64,000 nucleotides of DNA from Candidatus Dormibacteria bacterium (GCA_049521435.1 JBEKOU010000007.1:63831-127830); one strand, 5' to 3'; shown: positions 8,776 through 19,422, counted from the stretch's first letter. Notes: generated by a model not told the origin, from the sequence alone. Numbers and translations are program-made.

Positions 8776-11564
8776 TGACCACCGAATTCGTCTCCTTCGA
8801 CCTGGAGACCACCGGCCTGTCGCCCAGGAGTGAGCGGGTCATCGAGATCGGCGCCGTCCGTTTCGAGCAGGACGGGGTGACCCTCCGCGAGCTTCAGCTC
8901 CTCGTCGACCCCGGCATCGCGGTGCCCCTTCCCGTCCAGCGGCTGACCGGCATCACCGGCGCCGATCTGGCCGGCCAGCCGTCCCCGCTCGAGGCGATGG
9001 TCCAGCTCGCCGAGTTCTGTGAGGGGGCGGAGCTGGTGGGCCACGGGACCGGCTTCGACCTCGCCTTCTGCAGCCAGCTCCTCCCCGACACCTTTGGTCG
9101 GAGAGAGGCGATGGACACCTTGGAGCTCGGACGCATCCTGCTCCCCCTCGCGGGCAGCCACAACCTCGGGGCACTCAGCCGTCAGCTCGGGCTCCATCAC
9201 GAGCGTCCCCACCGCGCGCTGAGCGACGCGCAGGCGACCGCTGAGCTCTTCCGGTGGCTGCTGGTAGAGGCCGCCTCGCTGCGGAGGTCGACCTTCGGGG
9301 AGATGCACCGGGTCGCCTCCCAGGCGGGGACGTCGCTCGGGCACTTCTTCGACCTCGCCGCCAACGAGCGGAGCGCGCACCCCGAGAGGGAGGCCCGGCC
9401 GCACCCGGGCGGCGAGGCCGCGGCCACCCCACCCGGTCCAGCAACGGGAGCGGCGGCCCCCGGTGCGGCCGGCGCCGGGGACCCCGACCGCAGCGAGCGC
9501 GAGGCGCTCCTCTCCGGGCCGCTCGCCGGCGCCGCCGTTGCCCTGATCGGTCCGGGAGGCCCGCTCGCCGAACGCCCGGGCTACGAGTACCGGGAGACCC
9601 AGGAGCAGATGGCACGAGCCGTCGCTCAGAGCCTGGAGCGTGGCGGGCGCCTCCTCGTCGAGGCCGGCACCGGGGTCGGGAAGACACTCGGCTACCTGGC
9701 ACCGCTCGCGATCTGGATCGAGCGAGGCCGCGGCCGTGCCGTGGTCGCCACCCACACCATCACCCTCCAGGAGCAGCTCGCCACCCGGGAGCTGCCCGCC
9801 CTGCAGCCTCACCTTCCCCGTCCCCTCGGCTGGGCGATGCTCAAGGGACGCAGCCATTACATCAGCCTCCGGCGCTTCCAGCGCCACCTCCGTCACCGCG
9901 ACACCGGCCCCCGCGGTCCGGACCTCGACGTCATCAGGTTCAAGCTCAAGCTGCTCCGCTGGCTCGACCTGACCAGCACGGGAGACCGGGCGGAGCTGCG
10001 CCTCGGAGCCCTGGAGCGCGATCTCTGGCGTGCCGTCGAATCGACCGGGGATGACTGCCTGGGCAGCGCCTGCGCCAACTGGGCCAATGGCGCATGCCAC
10101 ATGGTCGCGGCCCGCAGGACGGCGGCGACGGCCGAGCTGGTGGTGACCAACCATGCGCTCCTGCTCAGCGACGAGCCCGCGGAGGGGCACCTGCTCGGCG
10201 ACTACTCGGCACTGGTCATCGACGAGGCCCACCACCTGGAGGAGCAGGCCACCCAATCGGGCGGCCACCGTCTCCGGAGCGCCGATGTCGTGCGGGCTCT
10301 CGACCGCCTCCCCGACGTCCTCGATCCCGACCTGGCCACCACCCTCGACGCGTGCCGCGAGGCCGCCAACCGGCTCTTCGGCGAGGCCAAGGGACTGCTG
10401 GCCGAGCGGCTCGGCGGGGGAGGGGGATTGCCGACCGGTAGCCTCAGCGTCACCGACGACCTGCTCGAGGAGCCGCGGCTGCAGACCCTGGTGCGGAGCG
10501 CCCATCACGCCGTCTCGACCCTCGGCCGTGCGGCCGGCGCCCTGCGCACGGCGGGCCCGGCGTGCCTGGAAACCGATCTCCTCCCCCAGCCCGACCGGGG
10601 AGAGGAGGAGCTGGGTCTGGCGGCGTCCGCCCTCGAGGGCTCGGCGGCCGCCATCGACGAGGTGCTCCTCCACCGCCGGGACGGCCACGTCGCCTGGCTG
10701 GAGCTGCGGGCCGAGCAGGCGGAGCTGCGCGACGCGCCGGTGGCGGCGGGGGCCGCTCTCGGGGAGGGGCTCCTGGATGCGGCGCGCACCGTCGTCCTGA
10801 CCTCGGCCACGCTCGCCATCGCCGGGGACTTCGGCTTCATCCGAGAGCGGCTCGGGCTGGGAGCGCGAACCGAGGAGCTGGCGCTGCCGTCGCCCTTCGA
10901 CTACCTGAACCAGGCTCTCTGCATCGTCGTCACCGACATCCCGCCCTACGACGATCCCGAATACGAGCAGGCGCTGGCGGCGATCACCGCCGGCATCGGG
11001 CGGAGGTTGGGCGGACGGACCCTCGGCCTCTTCACGGGATACGGAGCGCTCCGCCGCGTCCGCGACCTGGTGGGGCGGCGTCTTGCGGGCAGCCAGATCT
11101 CCGTCGTCGCCCAGGGCCTCGACGGGACCCGGCGTCAGCTCCTGACCTCCTTTGTCGAGAATCCGCGCACCGTGCTCCTCGGCACCAGCACCTTCTGGGA
11201 GGGGATCGACGTGCCGGGGGACGCCCTCCAGTGCGTGATCATCGCCAAGCTCCCCTTCGCGGTCCCCACCGACCCCCTGGTCCGTGCCCGCACCGCCGAG
11301 ATGCGTGATCCGTTCGGGAGTTACGTGCTCCCCGAGGCGGTCATCCGGCTGCGCCAGGGGTTCGGCCGGCTGATCCGCTCGGGCACCGATCGGGGGGTGG
11401 TGGTGATCGCCGACTCCCGCCTCCAGAGCCGGGATTACGCGCGCCGCTTCCTGGAGGCGCTGCCGCCGGCCAACGTGGCGCGCGAGCCGGTCTCGGGGGT
11501 GGTCACCCGGGTCGGCCAGTTCGTCGGCGGGACCGAGGATGGTGGAGAATCCACACCGTGGTGA
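8775..11564 (+). CDS. dinG: DinG family helicase fused to an N-terminal DnaQ-like 3'-5' exonuclease
   Basis: FDLETTG...HRALSDA exonuclease; EAGTGVGKT, IDEAHH, FWEGIDVPG, RQGFGRLIRS helicase motifs. Confidence 0.92.
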   Translation: MTTEFVSFDLETTGLSPRSERVIEIGAVRFEQDGVTLRELQLLVDPGIAVPLPVQRLTGITGADLAGQPSPLEAMVQLAEFCEGAELVGHGTGFDLAFCSQLLPDTFGRREAMDTLELGRILLPLAGSHNLGALSRQLGLHHERPHRALSDAQATAELFRWLLVEAASLRRSTFGEMHRVASQAGTSLGHFFDLAANERSAHPEREARPHPGGEAAATPPGPATGAAAPGAAGAGDPDRSEREALLSGPLAGAAVALIGPGGPLAERPGYEYRETQEQMARAVAQSLERGGRLLVEAGTGVGKTLGYLAPLAIWIERGRGRAVVATHTITLQEQLATRELPALQPHLPRPLGWAMLKGRSHYISLRRFQRHLRHRDTGPRGPDLDVIRFKLKLLRWLDLTSTGDRAELRLGALERDLWRAVESTGDDCLGSACANWANGACHMVAARRTAATAELVVTNHALLLSDEPAEGHLLGDYSALVIDEAHHLEEQATQSGGHRLRSADVVRALDRLPDVLDPDLATTLDACREAANRLFGEAKGLLAERLGGGGGLPTGSLSVTDDLLEEPRLQTLVRSAHHAVSTLGRAAGALRTAGPACLETDLLPQPDRGEEELGLAASALEGSAAAIDEVLLHRRDGHVAWLELRAEQAELRDAPVAAGAALGEGLLDAARTVVLTSATLAIAGDFGFIRERLGLGARTEELALPSPFDYLNQALCIVVTDIPPYDDPEYEQALAAITAGIGRRLGGRTLGLFTGYGALRRVRDLVGRRLAGSQISVVAQGLDGTRRQLLTSFVENPRTVLLGTSTFWEGIDVPGDALQCVIIAKLPFAVPTDPLVRARTAEMRDPFGSYVLPEAVIRLRQGFGRLIRSGTDRGVVVIADSRLQSRDYARRFLEALPPANVAREPVSGVVTRVGQFVGGTEDGGESTPW

Positions 11565-12484
11565 AGATCGAGCCCACCCCGGCCGTGGCGCCAGAGACCG
11601 GGCCGCGCAGCGACATCGTGGTCGCGCTCGCCCAGATGGCACCCCGGCTCGGCGACCTCGGCGCCAACGTCGCCCGCCACCTGGAGCTGATCAGCGCCGC
11701 CGCCGCGGGCGGTGCGGACCTGGTGGTCTTCCCCGAGCTCTCGCTCACCGGGTACTTTCTCAAGGACCTGGTCACCGAGACCGCACTGCGCCTCGACAGC
11801 CCGGAGGTCCACGCCCTTGCCGAGGCGTCACGGGGTGTGGACGCCGTGGTGGGCTGCATCCTGGAGAGCGATGACCACCGCTTCCACAACGCCGTCCTCT
11901 ACCTCTCGGGCGGCGCGGTGGTGCATCTCCATCGCAAGGTGTACCTGCCCACTTACGGCCTCTTCGACGAGGCCCGCGATCTCGCCCCCGGCAACCGGTT
12001 CCGAGCCTTCGAGGCCCCGCTCAGCTCCGCCGCACCGCGCCGCCCCTGGCGGGTGGGCGTGCTCATCTGCGAGGACCTCTGGCACCCGAGCTCCGCGTAC
12101 CTGCTCGCCCGCGCCGGCGTCGACCTGATCATCTGCCCGTCGGCGTCGCCGGGCCGTGGGGTGGGACAGGGATCCGAGCTCGGCACCGCCCAGAGCTACG
12201 ACGTCATCACCCGGACCTACGCCCAGCTCTTCACCACCTACGTCGTCTACTGCAACCGCGTCGGATACGAGGATGGGATCAACTTCTGGGGAGGCTCCCG
12301 GGTCGTCGACCCCGAGGGGCATCTGGTCGGCGAGCCCGCCGGGCGGGACGAGGCGATGCCCCTGCACCGTCTCGACCTGGCGGCCCTCCGCCGGGCCCGG
12401 ATCGCCAACCCGATGCTGCGCGACGAGCGCCATGACATCGTCGACGCCGAGTGCCGGCGGTTGCACCGCCATGAGCGTGAGTGA
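11558..12484 (+). CDS. Nitrilase-fold glutaminase subunit of a two-subunit NAD synthetase
   Basis: FPEL / [14 protein letters not shown] / ICEDLW (E-K-C triad); overlaps nadE. Confidence 0.85.
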   Translation: MVKIEPTPAVAPETGPRSDIVVALAQMAPRLGDLGANVARHLELISAAAAGGADLVVFPELSLTGYFLKDLVTETALRLDSPEVHALAEASRGVDAVVGCILESDDHRFHNAVLYLSGGAVVHLHRKVYLPTYGLFDEARDLAPGNRFRAFEAPLSSAAPRRPWRVGVLICEDLWHPSSAYLLARAGVDLIICPSASPGRGVGQGSELGTAQSYDVITRTYAQLFTTYVVYCNRVGYEDGINFWGGSRVVDPEGHLVGEPAGRDEAMPLHRLDLAALRRARIANPMLRDERHDIVDAECRRLHRHERE

Positions 12485-13337
12485 GACCGCGGCCGGGCTG
12501 AGTGCCGCCGCCCCGGGCGGCGCGCTCGCGGTCGACTGCGACCTGGTCACCGAGATCCTGACCGGATTTGTCCGCGAAGAGGTGCGCAAGGTCGGCTTCG
12601 AGCGCGGGGTGGTCGGCCTCTCCGGAGGCGTCGACTCCGCGCTCACCCTGGCGGTCGTCTGCCGGGCCCTCGGTCCGGAGAACGCGGTCCCGGTGATCAT
12701 GCCGTACCGGGCGAGCAGCCCCGCCTCGGAGCGGGACGCGCGCCTGGTCGCTGCCCAGCTCGGGACCGTCCCGCTGGTCGTCGACATCTCCCCCCAGATC
12801 GACGCCTACTTCGACCGCGAGCCGGACGCCGACCGCAACCGGCGCGGCAACAAGATGGCGCGGGAGCGGATGTCGATCCTCTACGACCTCTCGCTGGCGC
12901 GAGCAGGGCTGGTGATCGGGACGTCCAACAAGACCGAGCTGCTGCTCGGCTACGGGACCATCCACGGCGACATGGCCCACGCCCTCAATCCGCTGGGCGA
13001 CCTCTACAAGACCCAGATCTTCGCCCTCGCCCGGCACCTCGGGCTGCCCGCGGCGGTGATCGAGAAGGCGCCCTCCGCCGACCTCTGGGAGGGGCAGTCG
13101 GACGAGGACGAGCTCGGCTTCGAGTACGCGGTGGTCGACCAGCTGCTCCACCAGATGATCGATGAGCGCCGCACCCGGGCCGAGCTGCACGGGCTCGGCT
13201 ACGACGATGCCTTCGTCAAGCAGATCCACCGCCGGGTCAGGGACAGCCAGTACAAGCGCCGGCCGCCGCTCATCGCCAAGGTCTCCAACCGGACCATCGA
13301 CCGCGACTTCCGCTACCCCCGCGACTGGGGCCGCTGA
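12471..13337 (+). CDS. nadE: NAD+ synthetase (synthetase subunit)
   Basis: [39 protein letters not shown]. Confidence 0.95.
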   Translation: MSVSETAAGLSAAAPGGALAVDCDLVTEILTGFVREEVRKVGFERGVVGLSGGVDSALTLAVVCRALGPENAVPVIMPYRASSPASERDARLVAAQLGTVPLVVDISPQIDAYFDREPDADRNRRGNKMARERMSILYDLSLARAGLVIGTSNKTELLLGYGTIHGDMAHALNPLGDLYKTQIFALARHLGLPAAVIEKAPSADLWEGQSDEDELGFEYAVVDQLLHQMIDERRTRAELHGLGYDDAFVKQIHRRVRDSQYKRRPPLIAKVSNRTIDRDFRYPRDWGR

Positions 13338-13354
13338 CGGACTCGGAGACGCCG

Positions 13355-14026
13355 ATGGGGGCGCTGCTCACGGTCCTGGCCACGCCGATCGGCAACCTGG
13401 AGGACGTCAGCCGGCGCGCCGAACGCGCGCTGCGCGACTGCGACGCCGTGGTCGCCGAGGACACCCGGCGCACCCGCATCCTGATGCGCTCGCTGGGCAT
13501 CGAGCGTCCCGTGATCTCCCTGCCCGCCTTCGACGAGGAGCGCCGCATCCCCGCCCTGCTGGCCAGGCTGGAGGCGGGCCAGCGGCTCACCCTCTGCACC
13601 GACGCCGGGACGCCCGCCATCAGCGACCCCGGCAGCCGGCTGGTCGCCGCCGCCCACCGGGCCGGGATCACGGTCACCGTGGTCCCCGGCCCCAGCGCGG
13701 TCACCGCTGCGGTGAGCGGCAGCGGGCTGGGCGGGGGCGGTGGATTCGTCTTCCTGGGCTTCCCCCCGCGCTCCCCTGGCAAGCTGCGCCGCACGGTCGA
13801 GGCGGCCCTGGCGCTGGGCGTGCCGGTGGTGCTCTTCGAGGCCGCCAACCGCCTGGCCAAGACCCTGGAGCTCCTCGAGCCGCTCCTCGGCGACCGCCCG
13901 GTCGTGATCGCCCGGGAATTGACTAAAGTCCACGAGACCTTCCACCGCGGCACCGCCCGGGAGCTGGCCGAAGAGCTACGCCGGCAGCCCCCGCGGGGCG
14001 AATGCACAGTCGTGATCGGGACATGA
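13355..14026 (+). CDS. rsmI: 16S rRNA C1402 2'-O-methyltransferase
   Basis: ATPIGNLED, AEDTRRT, DAGTPAISDPG, ARELTKVHE. Confidence 0.95.
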   Translation: MGALLTVLATPIGNLEDVSRRAERALRDCDAVVAEDTRRTRILMRSLGIERPVISLPAFDEERRIPALLARLEAGQRLTLCTDAGTPAISDPGSRLVAAAHRAGITVTVVPGPSAVTAAVSGSGLGGGGGFVFLGFPPRSPGKLRRTVEAALALGVPVVLFEAANRLAKTLELLEPLLGDRPVVIARELTKVHETFHRGTARELAEELRRQPPRGECTVVIGT

Positions 14027-15564
14027 GCAGCACCTTCTACGTCACCGCCGCCATCGACTACGTCAACGGCGACCCCCACCTCGGCCACGTCTACGAGAAG
14101 GTCGGCTGCGACGTGCTCGCCCGCCACCACCGGCTGCGTGGCGACGACGTCCGCTTCACGGTCGGGACCGACGAGCACAGCCAGTCGGTGCTCCGAGCCG
14201 CGCGTGACCGGGGCGTGAGCCCCGAGGAGTTCGTCGCCTCCCAGGCCGAGAGGTTCCGCTCCCTCTGGGCGTCGCTGGACATCGACTACACCGCCTTCGT
14301 CCGCACCAGCGGCGCCGCCAACCGGCGCAGCACCGAGCGGCTGATGCAGGCTGTCCACGACGCCGGATACGTCTACAAGGGGTGGTACCGCGCCTGGCTG
14401 TGCCCCTCCTGCGAGCGCTACTACTCCGACAAGGAGCTGGTCGCGGGGCTCTGCCCGGTCCACGAGCGCCCGGTCGAGCTGGTGGAGGAGGACAACTACT
14501 TCCTCCGGCTCAGCGACTTCCAGGAACGCCTCCTCGAGCACCTCGAGAAGCACCCCGGCTTCCTCGTCCCCGAGCCCCGGCGCAACGAGATCCTCCAGCT
14601 CATCCGAGGGGGGCTGGAGGACGTCAGCATCTCGCGCGGCTTCTCGGATTGGGGCTTCCCGCTCCCCTTCGACCCCTCCCAGGTGGTCTACGTCTGGTTC
14701 GACGCGCTGATCGCCTACATCACCGGGGTCGGCTACGCGTCCGACGACGAGGAGTTCGCGCGCTTCTGGCCGGCCGACGTCCACGTCATCGGCAAGGACA
14801 TCACCCGGTTCCACGCGGTGATGTGGCCGGCGATGCTGATGGCCGCCGGCATCCCGCTCCCCCGGCGGGTTCACTCCCATGGCTTCATGACCCTGGGCGG
14901 GGAGAAGATGAGCAAGACGCGGGGCGTCTTCGTCGAGCCCACCGCGCTCATCGAGCAGTTCGGCAGCGACGCGGTGCGCTACGTGCTGATGGCCGAGGTC
15001 CCCTTCGACCGCGACGGCGACTTCTCGATGGAGAGCTTCGTCGACCGCTACAACGCCGACCTCGCCAACGACTACGGCAACCTGGTGTCCCGCACCGAGA
15101 AGATGGTCCAGCGCTACTTCGAGGCCCGGGTGCCTGAGCGGGGAGGGGAGGAACCCATCGACGCCGAGCTGCGTGAGCTCGCCGCCACCGTGGTGCCGGA
15201 GTACGACCAGGCCATGGACGGTCTCGATTTCACCGCGGCCCTGGCGGCGGTCCGCCGGCTGGTGGCCCGAGCCAACAAGTACGTCGAGGAGACCACCCCT
15301 TGGAAGCTGAAGAACGCGGGCGACGACCGGCTGGGCACCGTCTGCGCCGAGCTGCTCGAGGCGGTTCGGGTCAGCACCGGGCTGCTCAACCCGTTCGTCC
15401 CCCGCGCCACCGCGCGGGTCGCGAGCGACCTGGGCATCGACCTGAGCGCCGACCTGACCCAGGCCGCCCAATCGTGGCCGGCGCTGCACGCGGGAGATCC
15501 GGTCGGGGTGGGTGAGATCCTCTTTCCCCGATTGGATCGTGAGGCGATCCTGGGCGGGCGATGA
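14023..15564 (+). CDS. metG: Methionine--tRNA ligase (short form, no C-terminal tRNA-binding domain)
   Basis: YVNGDPHLGH, GTDEH, YVWFDAL, GKDITRFH, KMSKT. Confidence 0.96.
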   Translation: MSSTFYVTAAIDYVNGDPHLGHVYEKVGCDVLARHHRLRGDDVRFTVGTDEHSQSVLRAARDRGVSPEEFVASQAERFRSLWASLDIDYTAFVRTSGAANRRSTERLMQAVHDAGYVYKGWYRAWLCPSCERYYSDKELVAGLCPVHERPVELVEEDNYFLRLSDFQERLLEHLEKHPGFLVPEPRRNEILQLIRGGLEDVSISRGFSDWGFPLPFDPSQVVYVWFDALIAYITGVGYASDDEEFARFWPADVHVIGKDITRFHAVMWPAMLMAAGIPLPRRVHSHGFMTLGGEKMSKTRGVFVEPTALIEQFGSDAVRYVLMAEVPFDRDGDFSMESFVDRYNADLANDYGNLVSRTEKMVQRYFEARVPERGGEEPIDAELRELAATVVPEYDQAMDGLDFTAALAAVRRLVARANKYVEETTPWKLKNAGDDRLGTVCAELLEAVRVSTGLLNPFVPRATARVASDLGIDLSADLTQAAQSWPALHAGDPVGVGEILFPRLDREAILGGR

Positions 15565-16400
15565 GCGACCCGGGCAGCGCCGCCGCGAGCCACGAACCCC
15601 TCGTCGACAGCCACTGCCACCTCCAGATCCTCGCGGAGCGGGAGGGGACCTCCGGGGTGGAGCGCGCTCTGGAGCAGGCGTCGGCGGCCGGCGTGGTGCA
15701 GATCGTCTGCCCGGGTCTCAACGTCGAGGACAGCGACCGCTGCCGGGAGGTCGCGGAAGCGCACCCGGGGGTCTTCTTCACCGTGGGCTGGCACCCCCAC
15801 GAGCGGGCCGCCCCCGATCGGGCCCAACTCCAGGCACTCGACGAGCTGCTCCGGCACCCGCTGGCGGTGGGCGTCGGCGAGGTCGGGCTCGACCAGTACT
15901 GGCGACCCGGCTACCACGAAACGCCGCTCACGGTGCAGCGTGCCGCTCTGCATCAGATGCTGGAATTGGCCCGTGCCCACTCCCTGCCGGTGGTCATCCA
16001 CGATCGCGACAGCCACGCCGAGGTGCTCGTGGCGGTGGACGCCGCTCCCGGCGTGCACGGGGTCATGCACAGCTTCACGGGCGATGCGGCGCACGCGCAG
16101 TTATGCCGGGCGCGTGGCTTCCTGGTCTCCTTCTCGGGGATCGTCACCTTCCCCCGCAGCGAGGGCATCCAGGCCGCGGCCCGCGAGGTCGACGCTGACG
16201 GGTACCTGGTGGAGACCGACACGCCCTTTCTCGCGCCCGTGCCCCACCGGGGGCGGCCCAACACCCCCGCCTTCGTGGCGGCCACCGCGGCGGCGGTCGC
16301 GGGACTGCGCGGCGTCCTGCCGGGTGTCGTCGCGGCGCAGACCACGGCCAGCGCACGGCGACTCTTCGCCCTCCCGGCGGACGGCCTCCTCCATGGGTGA
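15561..16400 (+). CDS. tatD: TatD family DNase
   Basis: DSHCH, GWHPH, GEVGLD, HDRD, ETDTPFLAP. Confidence 0.93.
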   Translation: MSDPGSAAASHEPLVDSHCHLQILAEREGTSGVERALEQASAAGVVQIVCPGLNVEDSDRCREVAEAHPGVFFTVGWHPHERAAPDRAQLQALDELLRHPLAVGVGEVGLDQYWRPGYHETPLTVQRAALHQMLELARAHSLPVVIHDRDSHAEVLVAVDAAPGVHGVMHSFTGDAAHAQLCRARGFLVSFSGIVTFPRSEGIQAAAREVDADGYLVETDTPFLAPVPHRGRPNTPAFVAATAAAVAGLRGVLPGVVAAQTTASARRLFALPADGLLHG

Positions 16401-16454
16401 TCCGGTCGCGCGCCCTGCGGGAACACGGCCACTCGGCGTCGGGAGGGGGAGAGG

Positions 16455-17309
16455 GTGAGCGCGGCCACGCGTCCGCTCGATCTCACCGACCCGGCAACGG
16501 TGACGAGGGTGGCGCGCCAGGCCGGGCTCTTCGCCAAGCGCCGGCTCGGCCAGCACTTCCTGGTGGACCGGGAAGCGCTCGACGCCATCGTGGAGGCGCT
16601 GGACCCGGCGCCCGGTGACACCGTCTGGGAGATCGGGCCGGGGATCGGGGTGCTGACTGCCGAGCTGGCCCGGCGCGCCGGGCGCGTGGTCGCCGTGGAC
16701 CTCGATCCGGCGTGCATCCGGGCCGCCCGCGTGACCCTCCGCGGTCTCGCCAACGTGGAGCTGATCGAGGCGGACGCGCTCCGGGTCGACGCGGCCGGTC
16801 TCGGCCTCCCCGACGACCATCTCGCCGCCGGCAACCTCCCCTACAACCTCACCGGGGCCCTGCTCGCGCACCTCTTCGAGGCGGCGGTCCCGCCGAGACG
16901 GGGGGTCTTCCTGGTCCAGCGCGAGGTCGCGGCGCGGATCGCCTCCCCCCCTGGGGGATGGAGCCTGGCGACGGTGGCGGTGCGGTCGGTGGCGGACGTC
17001 GAGCGGCTCCGTGACCTGCCGCCGGCGAGCTTCATGCCCGCACCGGCGGTGGCGTCTAGCATCATTCGGATGCACCCCGCCCGGCCCATGCCCGAGGCGG
17101 AGAGGAGAGATGTGCTCCGACTGGCCCGCGCTGCCTTCCAGCTGCGCCGCAAGACCCTCCGCCATGGCCTGGGCCGCGCCCTCGGCGACCGTGCCGACCT
17201 GGTCGAAGCGGTGCTGGCCCGTTGCGGCGTGGACCCGGGTCGGCGACCGGAGACCCTCGATCTGGACGAATGGCGATGCCTGGCCCGAGCCGCGGGGGAG
17301 ATGGGATGA
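16455..17309 (+). CDS. rsmA: 16S rRNA dimethyladenosine transferase KsgA
   Basis: KRRLGQHFL, EIGPGIG, NLPYN, QREVA, RRKTL. Confidence 0.95.
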   Translation: MSAATRPLDLTDPATVTRVARQAGLFAKRRLGQHFLVDREALDAIVEALDPAPGDTVWEIGPGIGVLTAELARRAGRVVAVDLDPACIRAARVTLRGLANVELIEADALRVDAAGLGLPDDHLAAGNLPYNLTGALLAHLFEAAVPPRRGVFLVQREVAARIASPPGGWSLATVAVRSVADVERLRDLPPASFMPAPAVASSIIRMHPARPMPEAERRDVLRLARAAFQLRRKTLRHGLGRALGDRADLVEAVLARCGVDPGRRPETLDLDEWRCLARAAGEMG

Positions 17310-18703
17310 GCGGGGAACGGCTGCCCGAGCCACTGCCCGAACACGTCCCGCTGCACGCGGTCCGTCCCGCACTGCCGCCTCACCCGGACGATGCCTCCGG
17401 CTTTGCCCGCGTGCTCCGCCGCCGGGACTTCCGCTTCCTCTGGGGAGCCCAATGCGGCAGCCAGCTGGCGCAGAACTTCATCCAGTTCGCGCTGCTCGTT
17501 GTTGTCTACGACCTCACCGGCCTCACCACCGCGGTGGCCGCGGTCGCGGTCGCCTTCACCTTCCCGGGGGTGCTGCTCTCCGCCCCCGCCGGGGTCTACG
17601 CCGACCGCCATGACAAGCGGTCGCTGATGATGCTCACCAACCTGCTCCGGGCCGGCCTCCTGGTGCTGATCCCGGTGAGCCAGCTGATCCCCTTCCTTCA
17701 GCACCAGGCATGGCCGCTCCTGATCATCACCTTCCTGTTCAGCTCGGTGGGTCAGGTCTTCGCTCCGGCCGAGGCGGCCAGCATCCCCTCCCTGGTGAGC
17801 CGCGAGCAGATCCAGGGTGCCATGTCCCTCTTCATGACCACGGTGATCTTGACCCTGCTGCTCGGCAGCGTGCTCGCCCCCGTGTGCCTGATCCTCTTCG
17901 GGGATCTCGTCCCCTTCTACATCGCCGCCGGCCTCTTCGCCCTGGCCGCGCTCTCCTGCTGGCGGATCGGCGCGTCGCTGCGGGCGGTGGAGGCGGGGGC
18001 GGGTCCCCAGACCCACGTCTTCCGCGAGTTCCAGGACGGCATCGGCATCCTCCGCCGGGGCCCGGCGCTGCGCTGGGGGATGATCCAGCTCGGCCTGGCG
18101 CTGATCATGGTCTTCACCATCTACGCGCTGGGAGCGCCCTACCTGCAGAAGGTGCTGCACCGCTCCCCGAACGACATCTCCATCGTCCTGGGCCCGGCCA
18201 TGGTCGGGCTGGTGGCGATGGCGGGGATCCTCGGGCAGCATCTCATCACCCTCTCCCGACGTTGGATCAGCGTCCTCGCCTTCATGACCACGGGGACCTG
18301 CCTGGTGCTGATGGGCGTCTTTCCCCCCGTCTTTCAGGACCTCGGCATCAGCGGCTGGCTCGTCCCCGCCGTGGTGTTCCTGGCCCTCGTCTTCGGCTGC
18401 GCCCTCGGAGCGATCCTGATCCCGGCCTTCACCGTCCTCCAGGAGGGCACCACCGAGGAGTCCCGGGGCCGGATCTTCGGCGGGGTCTTCACCGTCATCA
18501 ACGCGTCCATCGCCCTACCGCTCCTGGCCTTCGGCGGCGCCGTCGACCTCTTCCACTCGGTCATCGGGGTCGTCGATGTCTTCGGTGCTCTGGTGATCAC
18601 CGTCGGCCTCAGTTTCCGGCTCATCTTCTGGAGCCGGCTGGCCGTGCTGGACCACCCCGCCCCGGCGGACGCGACATCTCCTGGAGCGACTTCCAGCCGC
18701 TGA
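17306..18703 (+). CDS. MFS transporter (DHA3/macrolide-efflux-like)
   Basis: About 12 hydrophobic helices, AGVYADRHDKR motif A, ESRGRIFG. Confidence 0.88.
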   Translation: MSGERLPEPLPEHVPLHAVRPALPPHPDDASGFARVLRRRDFRFLWGAQCGSQLAQNFIQFALLVVVYDLTGLTTAVAAVAVAFTFPGVLLSAPAGVYADRHDKRSLMMLTNLLRAGLLVLIPVSQLIPFLQHQAWPLLIITFLFSSVGQVFAPAEAASIPSLVSREQIQGAMSLFMTTVILTLLLGSVLAPVCLILFGDLVPFYIAAGLFALAALSCWRIGASLRAVEAGAGPQTHVFREFQDGIGILRRGPALRWGMIQLGLALIMVFTIYALGAPYLQKVLHRSPNDISIVLGPAMVGLVAMAGILGQHLITLSRRWISVLAFMTTGTCLVLMGVFPPVFQDLGISGWLVPAVVFLALVFGCALGAILIPAFTVLQEGTTEESRGRIFGGVFTVINASIALPLLAFGGAVDLFHSVIGVVDVFGALVITVGLSFRLIFWSRLAVLDHPAPADATSPGATSSR

Positions 18704-18843
18704 CACGGCGCTGCAACGGCCAGGTCGCGGTGCCATGTCAGGTCCAGCCCGGCCCGACGCCGGTGGCAAAGTCGGGGAACTCCGCGAGAGGTGGCCGCCC
18801 AGAGGGGCGCCGGCTCGAGGAGGGTGGAGGCGCAAGGGGAGAG

Positions 18844-19050
18844 ATGCGAGCCATCGTGACGTGCGAGTGCTGTGGATATCGCCAGGCGGTGGCCCGCCCC
18901 ATCCGTCGCCCCGAGCAGTTCCACGTGATCTGCCACGGCTGCGAGGGCGTGCTCCTCGTGGAGGTCACGACCGCCGACCTGCGCCAGGCACACACCCCGG
19001 CTGGGGCCCGCGCCCCCCACGCCGCCGGCGGCGTGGGCACCCCCGTCTGA
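18844..19050 (+). CDS. Small zinc-ribbon protein (68 aa)
   Basis: AAGGGGAG SD then ATG 18844; MRAIVTCECCGY...ICHGCEG has two CxxC pairs; hidden inside a spurious longer ORF in the track. Confidence 0.65.
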   Translation: MRAIVTCECCGYRQAVARPIRRPEQFHVICHGCEGVLLVEVTTADLRQAHTPAGARAPHAAGGVGTPV

Positions 19051-19055
19051 GCGCT

Positions 19056-19211
19056 GGGGACCCCTGCACCTTCTTACAGGGGCTCGCCGTGCCCCACGGC
19101 GCAGGCGGCGCGGGACCCTCCTCTTCTCACAGGGGCTCGCCGCCCCTCGCCGGCCCGGCTCAGCCGGGCTCGGCTCACCCCGCCATCAGATTCGGCGCGG
19201 CTCAGCCGGGC
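19056..19211. repeat. REP/BIME-like mosaic palindromic repeat (left copy)
   Basis: Two copies of GGGACC...CAGGGGCTCGCCG and two of CGGCTCAGCCGGGC; 19091-19189 is the reverse complement of 22841-22941. Confidence 0.8.
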
Positions 19212-19348
19212 GCTCGCCAGTCGCCGGGTCGTGGGCCCGCCGTTCCCCCAATCGGATCCGTGTGGCCTCCCCGCATGACGAATCCGCTGCCAGATCGGCG
19301 GGGACCTCCGCTCGCGGTATCATCCCGGCCTGATCTGCGCGGACGCGC

Positions 19349-19422
19349 GGGCGCATAGCTCAGTTGGTACGAGCGCAGCGTTGACATCGCTGAGGTCTCA
19401 GGTTCGATCCCTGATGCGCCCA
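19349..19422 (+). tRNA. tRNA-Val(GAC)
   Basis: Acceptor GGGCGCA/TGCGCCC, D-arm TAGCTCAGTTGGTACGAGC, anticodon stem CAGCG-TTGACAT-CGCTG, GGTTCGATCC T-loop; CCA not encoded. Confidence 0.96.

Noticed and set aside
18733-18750. CCATGTCAGGTCC resembling SRP RNA domain IV
   Set aside because: The following GGAAGGAAGCAGC and the paired strand are absent, so it is likely a chance match.
18760-18820. GGCAAA...GGAA resembling a c-di-GMP-I riboswitch upstream of the zinc-ribbon gene
   Set aside because: No GACGCAAAG junction or P3 tetraloop receptor could be found.
19056-19211. CRISPR array
   Set aside because: The units are irregular, there are no unique equal-length spacers, and there are no cas genes.
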